Positions 18,241-29,419 of a stretch of 64,000 bases of DNA are shown here, one piece after another (positions within the stretch are counted from its first letter, which is position 1; each line of letters begins with the position of its first letter). The stretch is taken from contig JBBRLQ010000005.1 in NCBI GenBank assembly GCA_038231275.1, positions 224,001-288,000 of the forward strand, written 5' to 3'. The notes beneath the pieces were generated by a model that saw nothing but the letters and a program-made list of their open reading frames with translations, did not search any database and was not told the DNA's origin. Position numbers and translations under genes: made by a program. The stretch is from Polyangiales bacterium. GTDB taxonomy: Bacteria > Myxococcota_A > Polyangia > Polyangiales > Polyangiaceae.

Positions 18241-19500
18241 ATGAGACTTCGAACCTTTTTGACTCCCTTGTGTTTTTCACTTCTTGGCGTGGCCTGCAAC
18301 GTGGCGAGCGTCCCCGCCCAAGCCGCGCCGACCCCCACGTCGGCCAGCGCGTCGACCCCGACGTCCGCCAGCGGGCGCCTCGCGGCCGATCCGGCCGGCA
18401 ACGAGCTGACGATGGGCGCGCTGCACGTGCTCTCGAACGACGCCGGCAACGTCTTCTTCTCGGGCACGAGCCTGCGCGGCGCGCTCGGCATGACCGCGCT
18501 CGGCGCCGATGGCCAGACGCTCGCGGAGATGGTGGCTGCGCTGCACCTCGACGCCGATCCCTCCGGTAACGTCACGCACGCGCAGACCGAGGCGCTCCTC
18601 TGGAAGCGCGCGGCGGGGAGCGCGGAGCTCGCCATCGCCAACCGCCTTTGGATCGAGGACCGCTTCACGATCGACTCGACCTTCGCGCAGCGCGCCGCAG
18701 ACGGCTACGGCGCTTCGGCGGCGCGCCTCGACTTCCAAGAGCACGCCGAGCCCGCGCGCCTCACGATCAACGACTGGGTCAAGGTCGCCACGCACGACAA
18801 GATCCCCGAGCTACTTCCGCCGCGATCGGTGGACTCGTCGACGCGCCTCGTCCTCACGAACGCGGTCTACTTCAAGGGGACCTGGACCGACGGCTTCTCC
18901 AAGTCCGCGACGTTCGACGCGCCGTTCCACGCCGCCTCCGGAGATGTGCGCGTCCCCACGATGCACCGCACCGGCGCGATGTCCGTGGGCGAGAACGACT
19001 CCGCCACGCTCGTCGAGCTTCCGTACAAGGACAGCGGGCTCTCCATGCTGGTCGTGCTCCCGAAGAACGGCGGGCTCCACGCGCTGGAGTCCACCCTCAC
19101 GGCGAACGAGCTCGGCCGCTGGGTCTCCGGCATGCAGAAGGAAGAGATCGGTCTCGCGATGCCGAAGTTCACCTTCTCGTGGGGGCGCTCCGTGAAGGCC
19201 GATCTCGAGCAGATGGGCATCCACCGCCTCTTCACCGGCGCCGCCGAGCTCACCAAGATGGCGGCGCCCGGTGTTCGTGACGAGCGCCTCTACGTGAGTG
19301 ACGTCGTTCACAAGTCGTTCGTGCTCGTCGACGAGACCGGCACCGAGGCGGCGGCGGCCACGGGCGTCACCGTCGCAAAATCGAGCGCCATCGCGTTTCA
19401 TCGTCAGGTGAACCTCGACGTCCCGTTCCTCTTTTTCGTGCGCGACCGCGCGACCGGCAACGTCCTCTTCGCGGGTCGGCTCGCCAACCCGAAAGCGTGA
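18241..19500 (+). CDS. Serpin, lipoprotein
   Basis: Lipobox GVA-C; INDWV...KIPELL, LTNAVYFKGTW, hinge ETGTEAAAAT, PFLFFVRD...LFAGRLANP. Confidence 0.95.
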   Translation: MRLRTFLTPLCFSLLGVACNVASVPAQAAPTPTSASASTPTSASGRLAADPAGNELTMGALHVLSNDAGNVFFSGTSLRGALGMTALGADGQTLAEMVAALHLDADPSGNVTHAQTEALLWKRAAGSAELAIANRLWIEDRFTIDSTFAQRAADGYGASAARLDFQEHAEPARLTINDWVKVATHDKIPELLPPRSVDSSTRLVLTNAVYFKGTWTDGFSKSATFDAPFHAASGDVRVPTMHRTGAMSVGENDSATLVELPYKDSGLSMLVVLPKNGGLHALESTLTANELGRWVSGMQKEEIGLAMPKFTFSWGRSVKADLEQMGIHRLFTGAAELTKMAAPGVRDERLYVSDVVHKSFVLVDETGTEAAAATGVTVAKSSAIAFHRQVNLDVPFLFFVRDRATGNVLFAGRLANPKA

Positions 19501-19504
19501 ACGG

Positions 19505-20734
19505 TCACACGTCGACGGAGCCCGCCGAAGTGTGCTCCCAGTACGTGAGCCCGCCGTCCGCCAGCGACGTGACGAAGCGCACCGCGCCGTCTTGCGACAC
19601 GACCACCGCGACGGCCTCGGGGATGGCGGTGCAGAGCCGATAGGCCGAGCGGTGCCGCGTCCCAACGCCGTCGATCGACTCCCTCTCGCGCTGGACGCCC
19701 TCCAGATCGAGCGCGCGGGCGACGTCGTGGACCTCGGGCAAACGTCCGGCGATCTCGGCGCCGAAACCGAAGAGCTCGAACCGCTTCGTCAGGACGACCG
19801 CGCCGTCGACGTCGGCGAGCGCGGCGATCAGGTGCCCCAGCTCGAACACCGCCTCGTCGAGCGCGGCGAGACCCGACGCTTCCTCCGCGCCGGCGAGGCC
19901 GCGCAGAACCGCGAGGATGAGGGTGCGGTAGCGCCGCCGCGGCTCCTCGTCGCAGAACGCATACTTCAGCGCGAGGTACGGCGTGCTCGACGCGATGTCC
20001 TCCGGGAGAAACAGGACGGTGCCGCCGTGGTGCGCGTCGCGCATCGTCGTGATCACGCGCTTGATCATCTGCTGCGACACGCGTTTCACGACGGCGGCGT
20101 CGAGGGGGCGCCACGGCGTGGTGGCGTCGCGCTGCGCCTGCTCGTGCGCGTCGAAGATCTCTTTGCGGACGACGGCGAAGCGGGCAGGGAGCCACTTGGA
20201 CTCGAAGACGTCGAGACCAGGCCCCGTCACTACGCCGCGCCGTAGCTCCGCGAGCGTGACGTCACCCTTTGCGATCGCGAGCCGCCCGGGTCCATGCACG
20301 CGGATGACGAGCGCGTCCTCCGGCACGTCGGGGCCGCCGCCCGGTGCTCCGCGCGCGCTCTGGAGCCAGCGCGTCCCCGATTGCATCACACCCCAGAGCT
20401 GGAGCCGCCCGCCACGCGACTCGACGCCGATCAGCGCGCGGTGGAACTTGGTCGCGGGGGAGAGCCGCCGTAGCTCATCGGCGGTGCACGGCCGCGGTTC
20501 TGCGAAGCGGAGGCGATGCAGGCCGGTCGGCGGGTGCCCGTTCTCGGGGAGCCGGCTGGGCGGGCCGTACAAGAGGCGGAATGAGACCGGGCGCAGCTCG
20601 TCGAAGAGGAGGCTCGCCTGGTACGCCGTGGAAATCAGCGCCTCCAGCGCGGCCGGCGAGGGGAGGCAGGAGGTGTCCTCGCCCCATACGTTCCGCACAT
20701 AGCTCGCGAGCTGCGTCGGGTACGCGTGGAGCAT
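19505..20734 (-). CDS. Diadenylate-cyclase (DisA_N)-like protein with N-terminal putative sensor domain
   Basis: HHGGTVLF, DVDGAVVL (DGA), GTRHRSA (RHR), VVSQDG; no TM or HhH domain. Confidence 0.85.
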   Translation of the reverse strand: MLHAYPTQLASYVRNVWGEDTSCLPSPAALEALISTAYQASLLFDELRPVSFRLLYGPPSRLPENGHPPTGLHRLRFAEPRPCTADELRRLSPATKFHRALIGVESRGGRLQLWGVMQSGTRWLQSARGAPGGGPDVPEDALVIRVHGPGRLAIAKGDVTLAELRRGVVTGPGLDVFESKWLPARFAVVRKEIFDAHEQAQRDATTPWRPLDAAVVKRVSQQMIKRVITTMRDAHHGGTVLFLPEDIASSTPYLALKYAFCDEEPRRRYRTLILAVLRGLAGAEEASGLAALDEAVFELGHLIAALADVDGAVVLTKRFELFGFGAEIAGRLPEVHDVARALDLEGVQRERESIDGVGTRHRSAYRLCTAIPEAVAVVVSQDGAVRFVTSLADGGLTYWEHTSAGSVDV

Positions 20735-20867
20735 TCCCCGACTATACAGGCCCGCGCCTTGACCCGGGCCGGAGCCGACGCTAAGGAAGTTTCAGTAGTT
20801 TTTGAAGCTTTCGTGAGATGTGACGACGCACGGCGTCATGGCGCCGAACGCCCGAGGGGAGAGGTTC

Positions 20868-21962
20868 ATGGTGTCCAGCTCGATCGAAGTGCGCAGCGAC
20901 GCGCGGGAGCCCGCGCACGACGACGTGCTCGCCCGTCTGGCCGACGTCTGCAGGGTCCGCGGCGTGGACGGCACGCCCTCGCGCCTCGGCTCCTTGCTGG
21001 GCTGCGTCGAGGACGACATGCGCGTCATCGACGCCGCGCTGGAGGTCGTGAGCGAAGGCGGAACACGCGAGCTGCCGGTCGAGAAGAGCGTGCGTCACCT
21101 GCTGCGCCTCAAGGGCAAGCGCCTCCGCCCGATGTGCGTCGCGCTCGCCGCCCGCGTCGGCACCGGCTTCAGCGACGCCGCGCGCGAGATCGCCGTCTCG
21201 GCCGAGCTCGTCCACGCCGCGACGCTCCTCCACGACGACGTCGTCGATCTCGGCGACAAGCGCCGCGGTGAGCCGACGGCGCGAATGGTCTACGGCAACG
21301 CCGCGTCGATCTTCGGCGGCGACTGGCTCCTCGTGGAGGCGCTGCGCAGGATCCACCGCGCAGGTGTGCCGGGCGTCATGGACGGCGTGCTCGCGGTCCT
21401 CACCGAGATGCTCGGCGCCGAGTCGCTTCAGCTCGCGTGCCGTGGACGCTTCGATCCGAGCATGGGCGTGTACATGCGCATCGTCGAGGGCAAGACGGCC
21501 TCGCTCTTCCGCTGGGCGCTCGCCGCTGGTGGTCGCGCCGGTGGGCTCGACGACGACGCGTGTCGCGCGCTCTCGACGTACGGCGACAAGCTCGGGGTCG
21601 CGTTCCAGATCGTCGACGATCTCCTCGACGTCGCGGGCGATGCCGGCGCGCTCGGAAAGAGCGTGTACTCGGACCTGCGCGAAGGGAAGACGACGTATCC
21701 GCTCCTCATCGCCCTCGAGCGTGAACCGCAGCTGATGCCGATCGTCCGCGCCGCGTGCGAGGCCGAGGACGACGCGCACCTGGCGTCGGCCGGCGCCGCG
21801 GTGGCCGAGGCGCTGGCGAGGACGGGCGCGATCGACGAAGCCCGCGCGTTCGCGGCGCGCCTCTCGACGCAGGCGGTCGGCAGCTTGTCCGGCCTGCGGC
21901 GGTGCATCGCGCGGGAAGCGCTCGAGCACACCGCGATCGAGCTCGTCGGGAGGGGCAAGTGA
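20868..21962 (+). CDS. Long-chain polyprenyl diphosphate synthase (IspB/HepT-like)
   Basis: GKRLRP, FARM ATLLHDDVVD, RRG, KTA, SARM FQIVDDLLD, DLREGKTTYP; GAGAGG before ATG 20868. Confidence 0.92.
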   Translation: MVSSSIEVRSDAREPAHDDVLARLADVCRVRGVDGTPSRLGSLLGCVEDDMRVIDAALEVVSEGGTRELPVEKSVRHLLRLKGKRLRPMCVALAARVGTGFSDAAREIAVSAELVHAATLLHDDVVDLGDKRRGEPTARMVYGNAASIFGGDWLLVEALRRIHRAGVPGVMDGVLAVLTEMLGAESLQLACRGRFDPSMGVYMRIVEGKTASLFRWALAAGGRAGGLDDDACRALSTYGDKLGVAFQIVDDLLDVAGDAGALGKSVYSDLREGKTTYPLLIALEREPQLMPIVRAACEAEDDAHLASAGAAVAEALARTGAIDEARAFAARLSTQAVGSLSGLRRCIAREALEHTAIELVGRGK

Positions 21963-22687
21963 ACGCGCCGCAGGCCAAGGGCGGGAGCGGCGAGATGTTC
22001 GACGCGATCGCGGACAAGTACGATCTCGTCAACCGCGTCATCTCGCTCGGCATCGACCAGAGCTGGCGGCGCAAGGCCGTGCGCGCCATGAACCTTGCGG
22101 ACGCCGCCCGCGCGATCGATCTGGCCACCGGCACCGGGGATCTCGCGATCTTGACCGCGAAGACGCATCCTCAGGTCCACGTCCTCGGCCTCGATCCGTC
22201 GACCAAGATGCTCGCGGTCGGCGAGGTCAAGGTGAAGGCGGCGGAGCTCGAGGGGCGCGTCGTCCTGAAGGTCGGCGACGCGCAGGCGATCGACGCGCCG
22301 GACGCGAGCGTCGACGCGACGAGCATCTCGTTCGGGATCCGTAACGTGCCCGATCGCGCCAAGGCCCTCCGCGAGATGGCGCGCGTCGTGCGGCCGGGCG
22401 GCCGCGTCGTGATCCTCGAGCTCGCCGAGCCGACGACGCCGGTCCTCGGGTCGCTCGCGCGCTGGCACATCCACACGCTCGTCCCCGCGATCGGCGCCGC
22501 GCTATCCGGCGCCCGCGAGTACCGGTACCTGGAGAAGTCGATCGCCGCGTTCCCGCCGCGCGAGGAGTTCGCGGCGCTGATGGAGAGCTCTGGCCTTCGC
22601 GTCCTCGCGGCCGAGCCGCTCACGTTCGGGGTCGCGACGCTCTACGTTGCGACCCCGGCGACGGAGGAGCCCGATGCTCGCAGCTGA
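21959..22687 (+). CDS. menG: Demethylmenaquinone methyltransferase
   Basis: MFDAIADKYDLVN, DLATGTGD, FGIRNV, RVVRPGG, YRYL..SI; GTGA overlap. Confidence 0.93.
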   Translation: MNAPQAKGGSGEMFDAIADKYDLVNRVISLGIDQSWRRKAVRAMNLADAARAIDLATGTGDLAILTAKTHPQVHVLGLDPSTKMLAVGEVKVKAAELEGRVVLKVGDAQAIDAPDASVDATSISFGIRNVPDRAKALREMARVVRPGGRVVILELAEPTTPVLGSLARWHIHTLVPAIGAALSGAREYRYLEKSIAAFPPREEFAALMESSGLRVLAAEPLTFGVATLYVATPATEEPDARS

Positions 22688-23969
22688 CGCCATCTGCGTG
22701 CTCACCCGGCCCGCGCCGCGCGTGCGGCCGGAGGCGTTCCTGGGCCTGCCGCTCGAAGGCGAGCGCATGCTTTGGGACGCCGGCGAGGGGTGGTCGTTCG
22801 CGGGTCGCGGCGCGGCCGCGCGCGTGGAGGCGTGGGGCGAGCGGCGCTTCGAGCAGACGCGTGACGCCGCGGCGCGCGTGTTCGCGTCGCTCCTCGACCT
22901 CGACCAAGGGGTCGCGCCGAAGATGCGCATGTTCGGCGGACTCTCGTTCCAGCCGCAAGGCGTCGCGCCGCCGCCGTGGACCGGCTTCGCCGACGCGAGC
23001 TTCGTGCTCCCGCGCTGGACGTACTGCGTGTCGAAGGACGCGGCGTTCGTGCGCGTCGCCGTGCCCGCCGGGGAGCTGCGCGGCGCCGAGGACCGGCTCG
23101 CGACGGTGCTCCATGCGCTCGAAAAGGCGCCGGAGCGCGTCACGATGCCGGCCCCGAACGGCGCGCGCCTCGTCGAGATGGAGCGCACGGTCTGGGATGA
23201 GCTCGTCGAGGGCGCGCTGCGATCGATCCGTAGCCGCGAGCTCGAGAAGGTCGTCACGGCGCGTCGGAGCGCGGTCACGCTGAGCACGCCGATTGATCTT
23301 CCCGCGGCGCTCGGCCGCATGCGCCGCCTCGAGCCGACGTGCACGCGCTTCGCCGTCGAGCGCGAGGGCGGAGTCTTCCTCGGCGCGACGCCGGAGCGCC
23401 TCGCCGTCTTGCGCGGCCTGCGCGTGGAGGTCGACGCGCTCGCCGGCTCCATCCCGCGTCGCGACGAAGGAGAGGAGCGCGAGCTCATCGCCAGCGACAA
23501 AGATCAACGCGAGCACGCGCTCGTCGTCGACGGGATCCGCGCGGCGCTGGCGTCGTTCTGCGATCACGTCGACACGCCGTACCCGCCGGGCGTCCGCACG
23601 CTGCGCGCGGTCCACCACCTGTGGACGCCGATCACCGCATCGCTGCGCGCGCCGACGCACGTGCTCGATCTCGTCGCCGCCGTGCACCCGACCCCCGCGG
23701 TATGTGGCCTCCCGCGCGAGCGCGCGCGCGGATGGATCGCGGAGCACGAGCCGACGCCGCGCGGATGGTACGCGTCGCCGGTCGGCTGGTTCGACGACGC
23801 GGGCGAGGGGCAGTTTTCGGTCGCCATTCGCTCGGCGCTCGTGAAGGGGACCGACGCGTGGCTCTTCGCCGGAGCCGGCATCGTCGAGGGCTCCGATCCC
23901 GGCCTCGAGTACAAGGAGACAGGGGTCAAGCAGACGACGATGCTCGCGACCTTGGGGGTCGCGCCGTGA
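22674..23969 (+). CDS. menF: Isochorismate synthase
   Basis: KVVTAR, GATPERL, ALAGS, KDQREH, HPTPAVCG, RGWY, AGAGIV. Confidence 0.92.
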   Translation: MLAADAICVLTRPAPRVRPEAFLGLPLEGERMLWDAGEGWSFAGRGAAARVEAWGERRFEQTRDAAARVFASLLDLDQGVAPKMRMFGGLSFQPQGVAPPPWTGFADASFVLPRWTYCVSKDAAFVRVAVPAGELRGAEDRLATVLHALEKAPERVTMPAPNGARLVEMERTVWDELVEGALRSIRSRELEKVVTARRSAVTLSTPIDLPAALGRMRRLEPTCTRFAVEREGGVFLGATPERLAVLRGLRVEVDALAGSIPRRDEGEERELIASDKDQREHALVVDGIRAALASFCDHVDTPYPPGVRTLRAVHHLWTPITASLRAPTHVLDLVAAVHPTPAVCGLPRERARGWIAEHEPTPRGWYASPVGWFDDAGEGQFSVAIRSALVKGTDAWLFAGAGIVEGSDPGLEYKETGVKQTTMLATLGVAP

Positions 23970-25741
23970 CCTCGAACCTCCACGTCGCGTGGGGGCGCCT
24001 CTTCATGCGCGCACTCGCGACGTCGGGGGTGAAGCACCTCGTCGTGAGCCCCGGCTCGCGTTCGACGCCGCTCGTCCTCGCCGCCGCGCGCGAGGAGCGG
24101 CTCGTCTGCCACGTGATCGTCGACGAGCGCAGCGCCGCGTTCTTCGCGCTCGGGCAAGCGCGCGCGACCGGAGAGCCGAGCGCGCTCCTCTGCACGTCGG
24201 GCACCGCGGCGGCCCATTATTTCCCGGCGATCATCGAAGCGAGCGCGAGCTTCACGCCGCTCGTCGTCGTGACCGCCGATCGCCCTTGGGAGGCGTACGA
24301 CGCCGCGTCGCCGCAGACGATCGATCAGATCAAGCTGTATGGCGGGTACGTTCGGCAGTTCGCGGAGCTCGGACTTCCGGATCCCTCGGCGGCGGCGCTG
24401 CGGGCCGTCGTGCGCGTCGCCGCGCAGGCGGTCGAGAAGGCACGCGGTCCGACACCCGGCCCCGTCCACGTGAACGCGCGCTTTCGAAAGCCGCTCGAGC
24501 CGGTCACCGGCCTCGCGCGTGAGGCGTGGGAGGACGAGTGGGAGCGCCTCATGGCCGCAGGCGCCCCGCGTACGGCAACGCCGCGCCTCTCTCCGGACAC
24601 CGACCTCGTCGCCGAGGTGACGGCGGCGTGCAAGCGCTCGACGCGCGGGCTCATCGTGTGCGGGCCATCTGGCCTCTCGCCGTCGAGCTCCCCGCGGAGC
24701 GGCAACGTCGCCGCGCTCCAACGTGCCACCGGCTTCCCGATCCTCGCCGAGGCCACGAGCCAACACCTCTTCGGCGTCGAGAGCCGGAGCGTCCGCGTTT
24801 TCGGCGCGTTCGACGCGATCCTGCGGGATCCCGCGTGGCGCGCGCGCTTGGCGGCTGACGTCATCCTCGAGATCGGCGCGCCGCCCACCTCGAGCGCGTA
24901 CGCGACGTTCCTCACCGAGCACCCGCCCACGGTCCGCGCCGTGATCGCCGCGCACGGGTGGAACGATCCGACGGGGGGCGCAACGCACATCCTTCGCGGC
25001 GACGAGAACGAACTGTGCAACGCAATCGACCCGCACCTGGGGTGGGCCGAGGCGAAGTCGAAGAACGAACTCTTGGCGCCGCTCGCGCAGGCGAGCCAGG
25101 CCGTATACGCGCTCGTTCAGGAGGAGCTCGATTCGGGCGTGCTGACGGAGGGTCGCGTCGCACACGATCTCGTCGACGCGCTCGATGACGGCGGGACGCT
25201 CATCGTCTCGAACAGCAATCCCGTGCGCGACGTGGACCTGTATGCGCCTCCGCGATCCACGTCGCCCGCCCGGTTGCGCGTGCTCCATCAGCGCGGCGCC
25301 AGCGGGATCGACGGCCTCCTCTCCGGTGCCGCGGGCACGCGCAGCGTCGCGACCGGCCGCCTCGCGCTCCTCACCGGTGACCTCGCGTTCCTGCACGACG
25401 TCGGCGGCCTCGCTGCGGTGCGCGGCGTGAAGGGGCCGCTGGCGATCGTGGTCGTGCAGAACGGCGGTGGCCGGATCTTCGAGCAGCTCCCCATCGCGCG
25501 CGCCACTGACGCCGCGACGCTCGAGCGCTTCTTCGTTACCCCCGAACCCCTCGCCCTTGAACACGCCACCGCCGCGTTCGGGATCGCGCACCGCGCCGCG
25601 CGCACGCCCGACGAGCTCTCCGCCGCGCTCGCCGAAGCCATGGCCGGAGAGGCGCCGCTCGTGATCGAGGCGATCGTCGAGCCCAACGGAGCCGCCCGGC
25701 GTGCGCGCGTGTGGAACGGTTGGCAAGCGAGGGTCTCGTGA
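23966..25741 (+). CDS. menD: SEPHCHC synthase
   Basis: SPGSRSTPL, DERSAAFFALG, CTSGTA, TADRP, GPVHVN, RGASGIDG, GDLAFLHD, NGGGRIF. Confidence 0.96.
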   Translation: MTSNLHVAWGRLFMRALATSGVKHLVVSPGSRSTPLVLAAAREERLVCHVIVDERSAAFFALGQARATGEPSALLCTSGTAAAHYFPAIIEASASFTPLVVVTADRPWEAYDAASPQTIDQIKLYGGYVRQFAELGLPDPSAAALRAVVRVAAQAVEKARGPTPGPVHVNARFRKPLEPVTGLAREAWEDEWERLMAAGAPRTATPRLSPDTDLVAEVTAACKRSTRGLIVCGPSGLSPSSSPRSGNVAALQRATGFPILAEATSQHLFGVESRSVRVFGAFDAILRDPAWRARLAADVILEIGAPPTSSAYATFLTEHPPTVRAVIAAHGWNDPTGGATHILRGDENELCNAIDPHLGWAEAKSKNELLAPLAQASQAVYALVQEELDSGVLTEGRVAHDLVDALDDGGTLIVSNSNPVRDVDLYAPPRSTSPARLRVLHQRGASGIDGLLSGAAGTRSVATGRLALLTGDLAFLHDVGGLAAVRGVKGPLAIVVVQNGGGRIFEQLPIARATDAATLERFFVTPEPLALEHATAAFGIAHRAARTPDELSAALAEAMAGEAPLVIEAIVEPNGAARRARVWNGWQARVS

Positions 25742-26535
25742 TCCCGACCATCCTCCTCCACGGATTTCTCGGCGCGCCGGCGGCGTGGGACGAGGTCGTG
25801 CGCTTCCTCGAGCCGCGCGGCGAGGCGCTGGCCGTCGCGTTGCCTGGCCACGGTGTGCGCCCGTGGATCCCTGGAGTCGGAGAGATCGCGAACGGCGACC
25901 GCTCGCTCCGCGGCCGCGCATCGTGCACGTCCTTCGAGGAGGCCGTCGACGCCTTCGCGGCCCGCTTGCCCGAGCGTGCCCATGTGGTCGGTTACTCGAT
26001 GGGTGCGCGCGTGGCGCTCGGCATCGCCGCGAGGCATCCCGCGCGGGTCGCGTCGCTCGTCGCGGTCGGCCTGCACCCGGGCCTCGCGGACGACACCGAA
26101 CGGCGCGCGCGCCGCGCATGGGACGAGCAGCTGGCGCGCGATCTGGAGACGAAGGACCTCGCATCCTTCGTGGACGCGTGGGAGAAGCTGCCGATCTGGG
26201 ACACGCAGCGCGCGCTCCCCGAGGCCGTGCGGGCGCGTCGTCGTGACGAGCGGCTCGCGCAAGTCCCCGCCGCGCTCGCGTGGGCGCAGCGGACCCTCGG
26301 CCTCGGCGCGATGCCGGATCTCTGGAACGCGCTCGCCGCGTCGGAGGTGCCGGTTCACCTCGTGACCGGCGCGCGCGACGACAAGTTCACCGCCCTCGCT
26401 CGGCTGGCGCTCTCACGCGCCCCGTCGTGCCTGCACACCGCCGTGGGCGGCGCCGGTCATGACGTCGGCCTCGAAGCGCCACGCGCGCTGGCCTCGATCC
26501 TTCGCACGGTACAAACAGGAGCACGCGAGCCATGA
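25738..26535 (+). CDS. menH: SHCHC synthase (alpha/beta hydrolase)
   Basis: [31 protein letters not shown]; operon position. Confidence 0.88.
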   Translation: MIPTILLHGFLGAPAAWDEVVRFLEPRGEALAVALPGHGVRPWIPGVGEIANGDRSLRGRASCTSFEEAVDAFAARLPERAHVVGYSMGARVALGIAARHPARVASLVAVGLHPGLADDTERRARRAWDEQLARDLETKDLASFVDAWEKLPIWDTQRALPEAVRARRRDERLAQVPAALAWAQRTLGLGAMPDLWNALAASEVPVHLVTGARDDKFTALARLALSRAPSCLHTAVGGAGHDVGLEAPRALASILRTVQTGAREP

Positions 26536-27395
26536 AGAGCACGAAGATGGAGTGGAGCAAGGCCAAGGGCTACGAGGACATCGTCTACGAGAAGGTGCTC
26601 CTCCCCCGCGACGACGATCCGGCGACGCCCCTCGGCGGCATCGCGAAGATCACGATCAACCGCCCCGAGGTCCGGAACGCCTTCCGCCCGCGCACGGTGG
26701 TGGAGATGAGCCGCGCGATGAACGACGCGCGCGACGACTCCGACGTCGGCGTCGTCATCCTGACCGGCGCCGGCGACAAGGCCTTTTGCTCCGGCGGCGA
26801 TCAGCGGGTCCGCGGCGAGGGCGGCTACGTCGGCGAGGACGGCGTCGCGCGCCTCAACGTGCTCGATCTCCAGCGCCAGATTCGCACACTCCCCAAGCCG
26901 GTCGTCGCGATGGTCGCCGGCTACGCGATCGGCGGCGGCCACGTCCTCCACATGATGTGCGATCTCACGATCGCCGCCGACAACGCGCGCTTCGGCCAGA
27001 CCGGTCCCAAGGTCGGCAGCTTCGACGGCGGCTACGGCGCCTCCTACATGGCGCGCATCGTCGGCCAGAAAAAGGCGCGCGAGATCTGGTTTTTGTGCCG
27101 CCAGTACGACGCCAAGCAAGCGCTCGACATGGGGCTCGTGAACCACGTCGTACCGCTCGCCGATCTCGAGGACGAGACGGTGAAGTGGTGCAAAGAGATG
27201 CTCTACAACAGCCCCCTCGCGCTCCGCTGCATCAAAGCGTCGCTCAACGCCGACTGCGACGGTCAGGCCGGCCTCCAGGAGCTCGCCGGCAACGCGACGC
27301 TCCTCTACTACATGACCGAGGAGGGCAAAGAGGGGAAGAAGGCGTTCCTCGAGAAGCGGAAGCCCAATTTCGGCCGGTTCAAGCGGCTGCCGTGA
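26532..27395 (+). CDS. menB: 1,4-dihydroxy-2-naphthoyl-CoA synthase
   Basis: [42 protein letters not shown]. Confidence 0.98.
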   Translation: MKSTKMEWSKAKGYEDIVYEKVLLPRDDDPATPLGGIAKITINRPEVRNAFRPRTVVEMSRAMNDARDDSDVGVVILTGAGDKAFCSGGDQRVRGEGGYVGEDGVARLNVLDLQRQIRTLPKPVVAMVAGYAIGGGHVLHMMCDLTIAADNARFGQTGPKVGSFDGGYGASYMARIVGQKKAREIWFLCRQYDAKQALDMGLVNHVVPLADLEDETVKWCKEMLYNSPLALRCIKASLNADCDGQAGLQELAGNATLLYYMTEEGKEGKKAFLEKRKPNFGRFKRLP

Positions 27396-28321
27396 GCGCG
27401 CGCCCCGCGGCGAGCATGGAGGCGTCGCCGCGCGCGGCGCCTGGATCGCTGCGTGCGTGGATCCTCGCGATCCGGCCGGCGACGCTCACCGTGGGCCTCT
27501 CGCCGGTGCTCGTCGGGGCCGCGGTCGCGTCGCGCGAAGGTGCGACGCGCGTAGGGGCGATCGTCGCGGCGCTGCTCGGGGCGATTTTTCTCCAAATCGG
27601 ATCGAACCTCGCGAACGACGTCTTCGATCACGAGAAGGGGGCGGACGGGCCCGATCGTCTTGGGCCGCTCCGCGTCACGCAGGCGGGGCTCCTCTCGCCG
27701 TCGGCGGTGCGCGCCGGGATGGTCGTGGCCTTCGCGCTCGCGATGGTGGTGGGCGTCTACCTCACGAACGTCGCCGGGTGGCCGATCGTCGCGATCGGCC
27801 TCGCCTCGATCGCGTCGGCGATCGCGTACACCGGCGGGCCGTTTCCGCTCGGCTATCACGGGCTCGGTGACGTGTTCGTGTTCGTGTTCTTCGGGCTCGT
27901 CGCGGTGTGTGGGACCGCCTTCGTGGCGACCGGGGGCGTGCCGCTCTTGGCGTGGCTCGCGGCGGTACCGGTCGGGTGCCTCGCGACGTGCGTGCTCGTC
28001 GTGAACAACGTCCGCGATCGCGAGACCGATGTCCGCGTCGGCAAGCGCACGCTCGCAGTGAGGTTCGGGCGCGGCTTCGGCGTGGGCGAGTACGTCGTCC
28101 TCGCGGTCGCCGCGTACGCCGTCCCGATCGCGCTCGTCGTGGCGGGGATGGGTGGGCCGTTCGTGCTTTTGCCGCTCCTCACGGCGCCGATCGCGGTGGG
28201 CCTCGCGCGCACGGTCGCGCGGTCGACCGATGGACCGACGTTGAACCGCGCGCTCGCCTCGACGGCACGACTCCTCCTCTTCCATAGCGTCCTCTTCGCC
28301 GCCGGCCTCGCGATGCGATGA
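27392..28321 (+). CDS. menA: DHNA prenyltransferase
   Basis: [46 protein letters not shown]. Confidence 0.95.
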   Translation: MSARPAASMEASPRAAPGSLRAWILAIRPATLTVGLSPVLVGAAVASREGATRVGAIVAALLGAIFLQIGSNLANDVFDHEKGADGPDRLGPLRVTQAGLLSPSAVRAGMVVAFALAMVVGVYLTNVAGWPIVAIGLASIASAIAYTGGPFPLGYHGLGDVFVFVFFGLVAVCGTAFVATGGVPLLAWLAAVPVGCLATCVLVVNNVRDRETDVRVGKRTLAVRFGRGFGVGEYVVLAVAAYAVPIALVVAGMGGPFVLLPLLTAPIAVGLARTVARSTDGPTLNRALASTARLLLFHSVLFAAGLAMR

Positions 28322-29385
28322 ACGCCGCGTTCGAGCTCGTCTACGGCGAGATCGCGCTCGCGTCGCCGATCACGACGTCGCGCGGTACCTGGACGCATCG
28401 GCGCGGCGTGATCCTTCGACTTCGCGACGCGGAAGGTCGGGTCGGCCACGGCGAGGCCACGCCGCTCCCCGGCTACTCGCCCGACGGCGTCGACGATTGC
28501 GCGCGTGCGCTCGAACGGGTGGCGCGGGAGGTCGATCCGAACGCGCTTCATGTCGCGTCGCGCTTCGACGAGGCCCTCGCGGGAGTGCCGTGCGCGCGGT
28601 TCGCGCTCGAGACCGCGCTCGTCGATCTCGCATCGCAGCGCGCGGGCGTCAGCGTCGCGTCGGTGCTCGCGGGCCTCGCGGGAGGTCGCGCGCTGGACGA
28701 GGTGGCGCTGTCCGCGCTGGTCGATCTCGCGTCGCCCGAGATGGAGACGCGCGCAATGGACCTGATTCAGCGCGGCGTGACGACGGTGAAGGCAAAGATC
28801 GGCACGCGGGCGCGCGACATCGAGCTCGCGGCCCTCGCGCGCCTGCGCCACGCGGTCGGTCCGGCCGTGCGCCTGCGCCTCGACGCGAACGGCGCCTTCG
28901 ACGTGCACGGCGCGGCCACGCTTCTTCGGGACGTCGCGCCCTTCGCGCCCGAGCTCGTGGAAGAGCCGACGTCGGGCGAAGCCCTGCTCGCCCTCGCCGC
29001 GAGCCCGGTGCCGTGGGGCGCCGACGAATCTTTGCAAGATGCACGCATCGCCGATCGGCTTCTTTCGTCGGCGTGCGCGGCGTTCGTCGTCAAGCCGCAG
29101 CTCTACGGTCTCCACGCCGGGCGCGATCTTGCGATGCGCGCGCTCGCGGCGGGGAAGGGTGTGGTGGTCACGCACCTCTTCGACGGACCGGTCGCCCTCG
29201 CGGCCGCGTGCGAGCTCGCGCTCTCCCTCGCCCTCCCCCTCGCGCGCCCGCCGCTCGCATGCGGCCTCGACCACCACGCGTCGCTGGGACTCTTCGGCGA
29301 AGCCGATGTGCCCCAGCTCGTCCATGCGGACCGCGGACGCGTCGTCTCGCACGCGCCGGGGCTCGGCGTCGCGCTCTGCAAGTAG
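28318..29385 (+). CDS. menC: o-succinylbenzoate synthase
   Basis: [36 protein letters not shown] enolase-superfamily motifs. Confidence 0.88.
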   Translation: MNAAFELVYGEIALASPITTSRGTWTHRRGVILRLRDAEGRVGHGEATPLPGYSPDGVDDCARALERVAREVDPNALHVASRFDEALAGVPCARFALETALVDLASQRAGVSVASVLAGLAGGRALDEVALSALVDLASPEMETRAMDLIQRGVTTVKAKIGTRARDIELAALARLRHAVGPAVRLRLDANGAFDVHGAATLLRDVAPFAPELVEEPTSGEALLALAASPVPWGADESLQDARIADRLLSSACAAFVVKPQLYGLHAGRDLAMRALAAGKGVVVTHLFDGPVALAAACELALSLALPLARPPLACGLDHHASLGLFGEADVPQLVHADRGRVVSHAPGLGVALCK

Positions 29386-29419
29386 CTCGACCTCGCCGAG
29401 CCTTCGGGCTATTTGAGCG

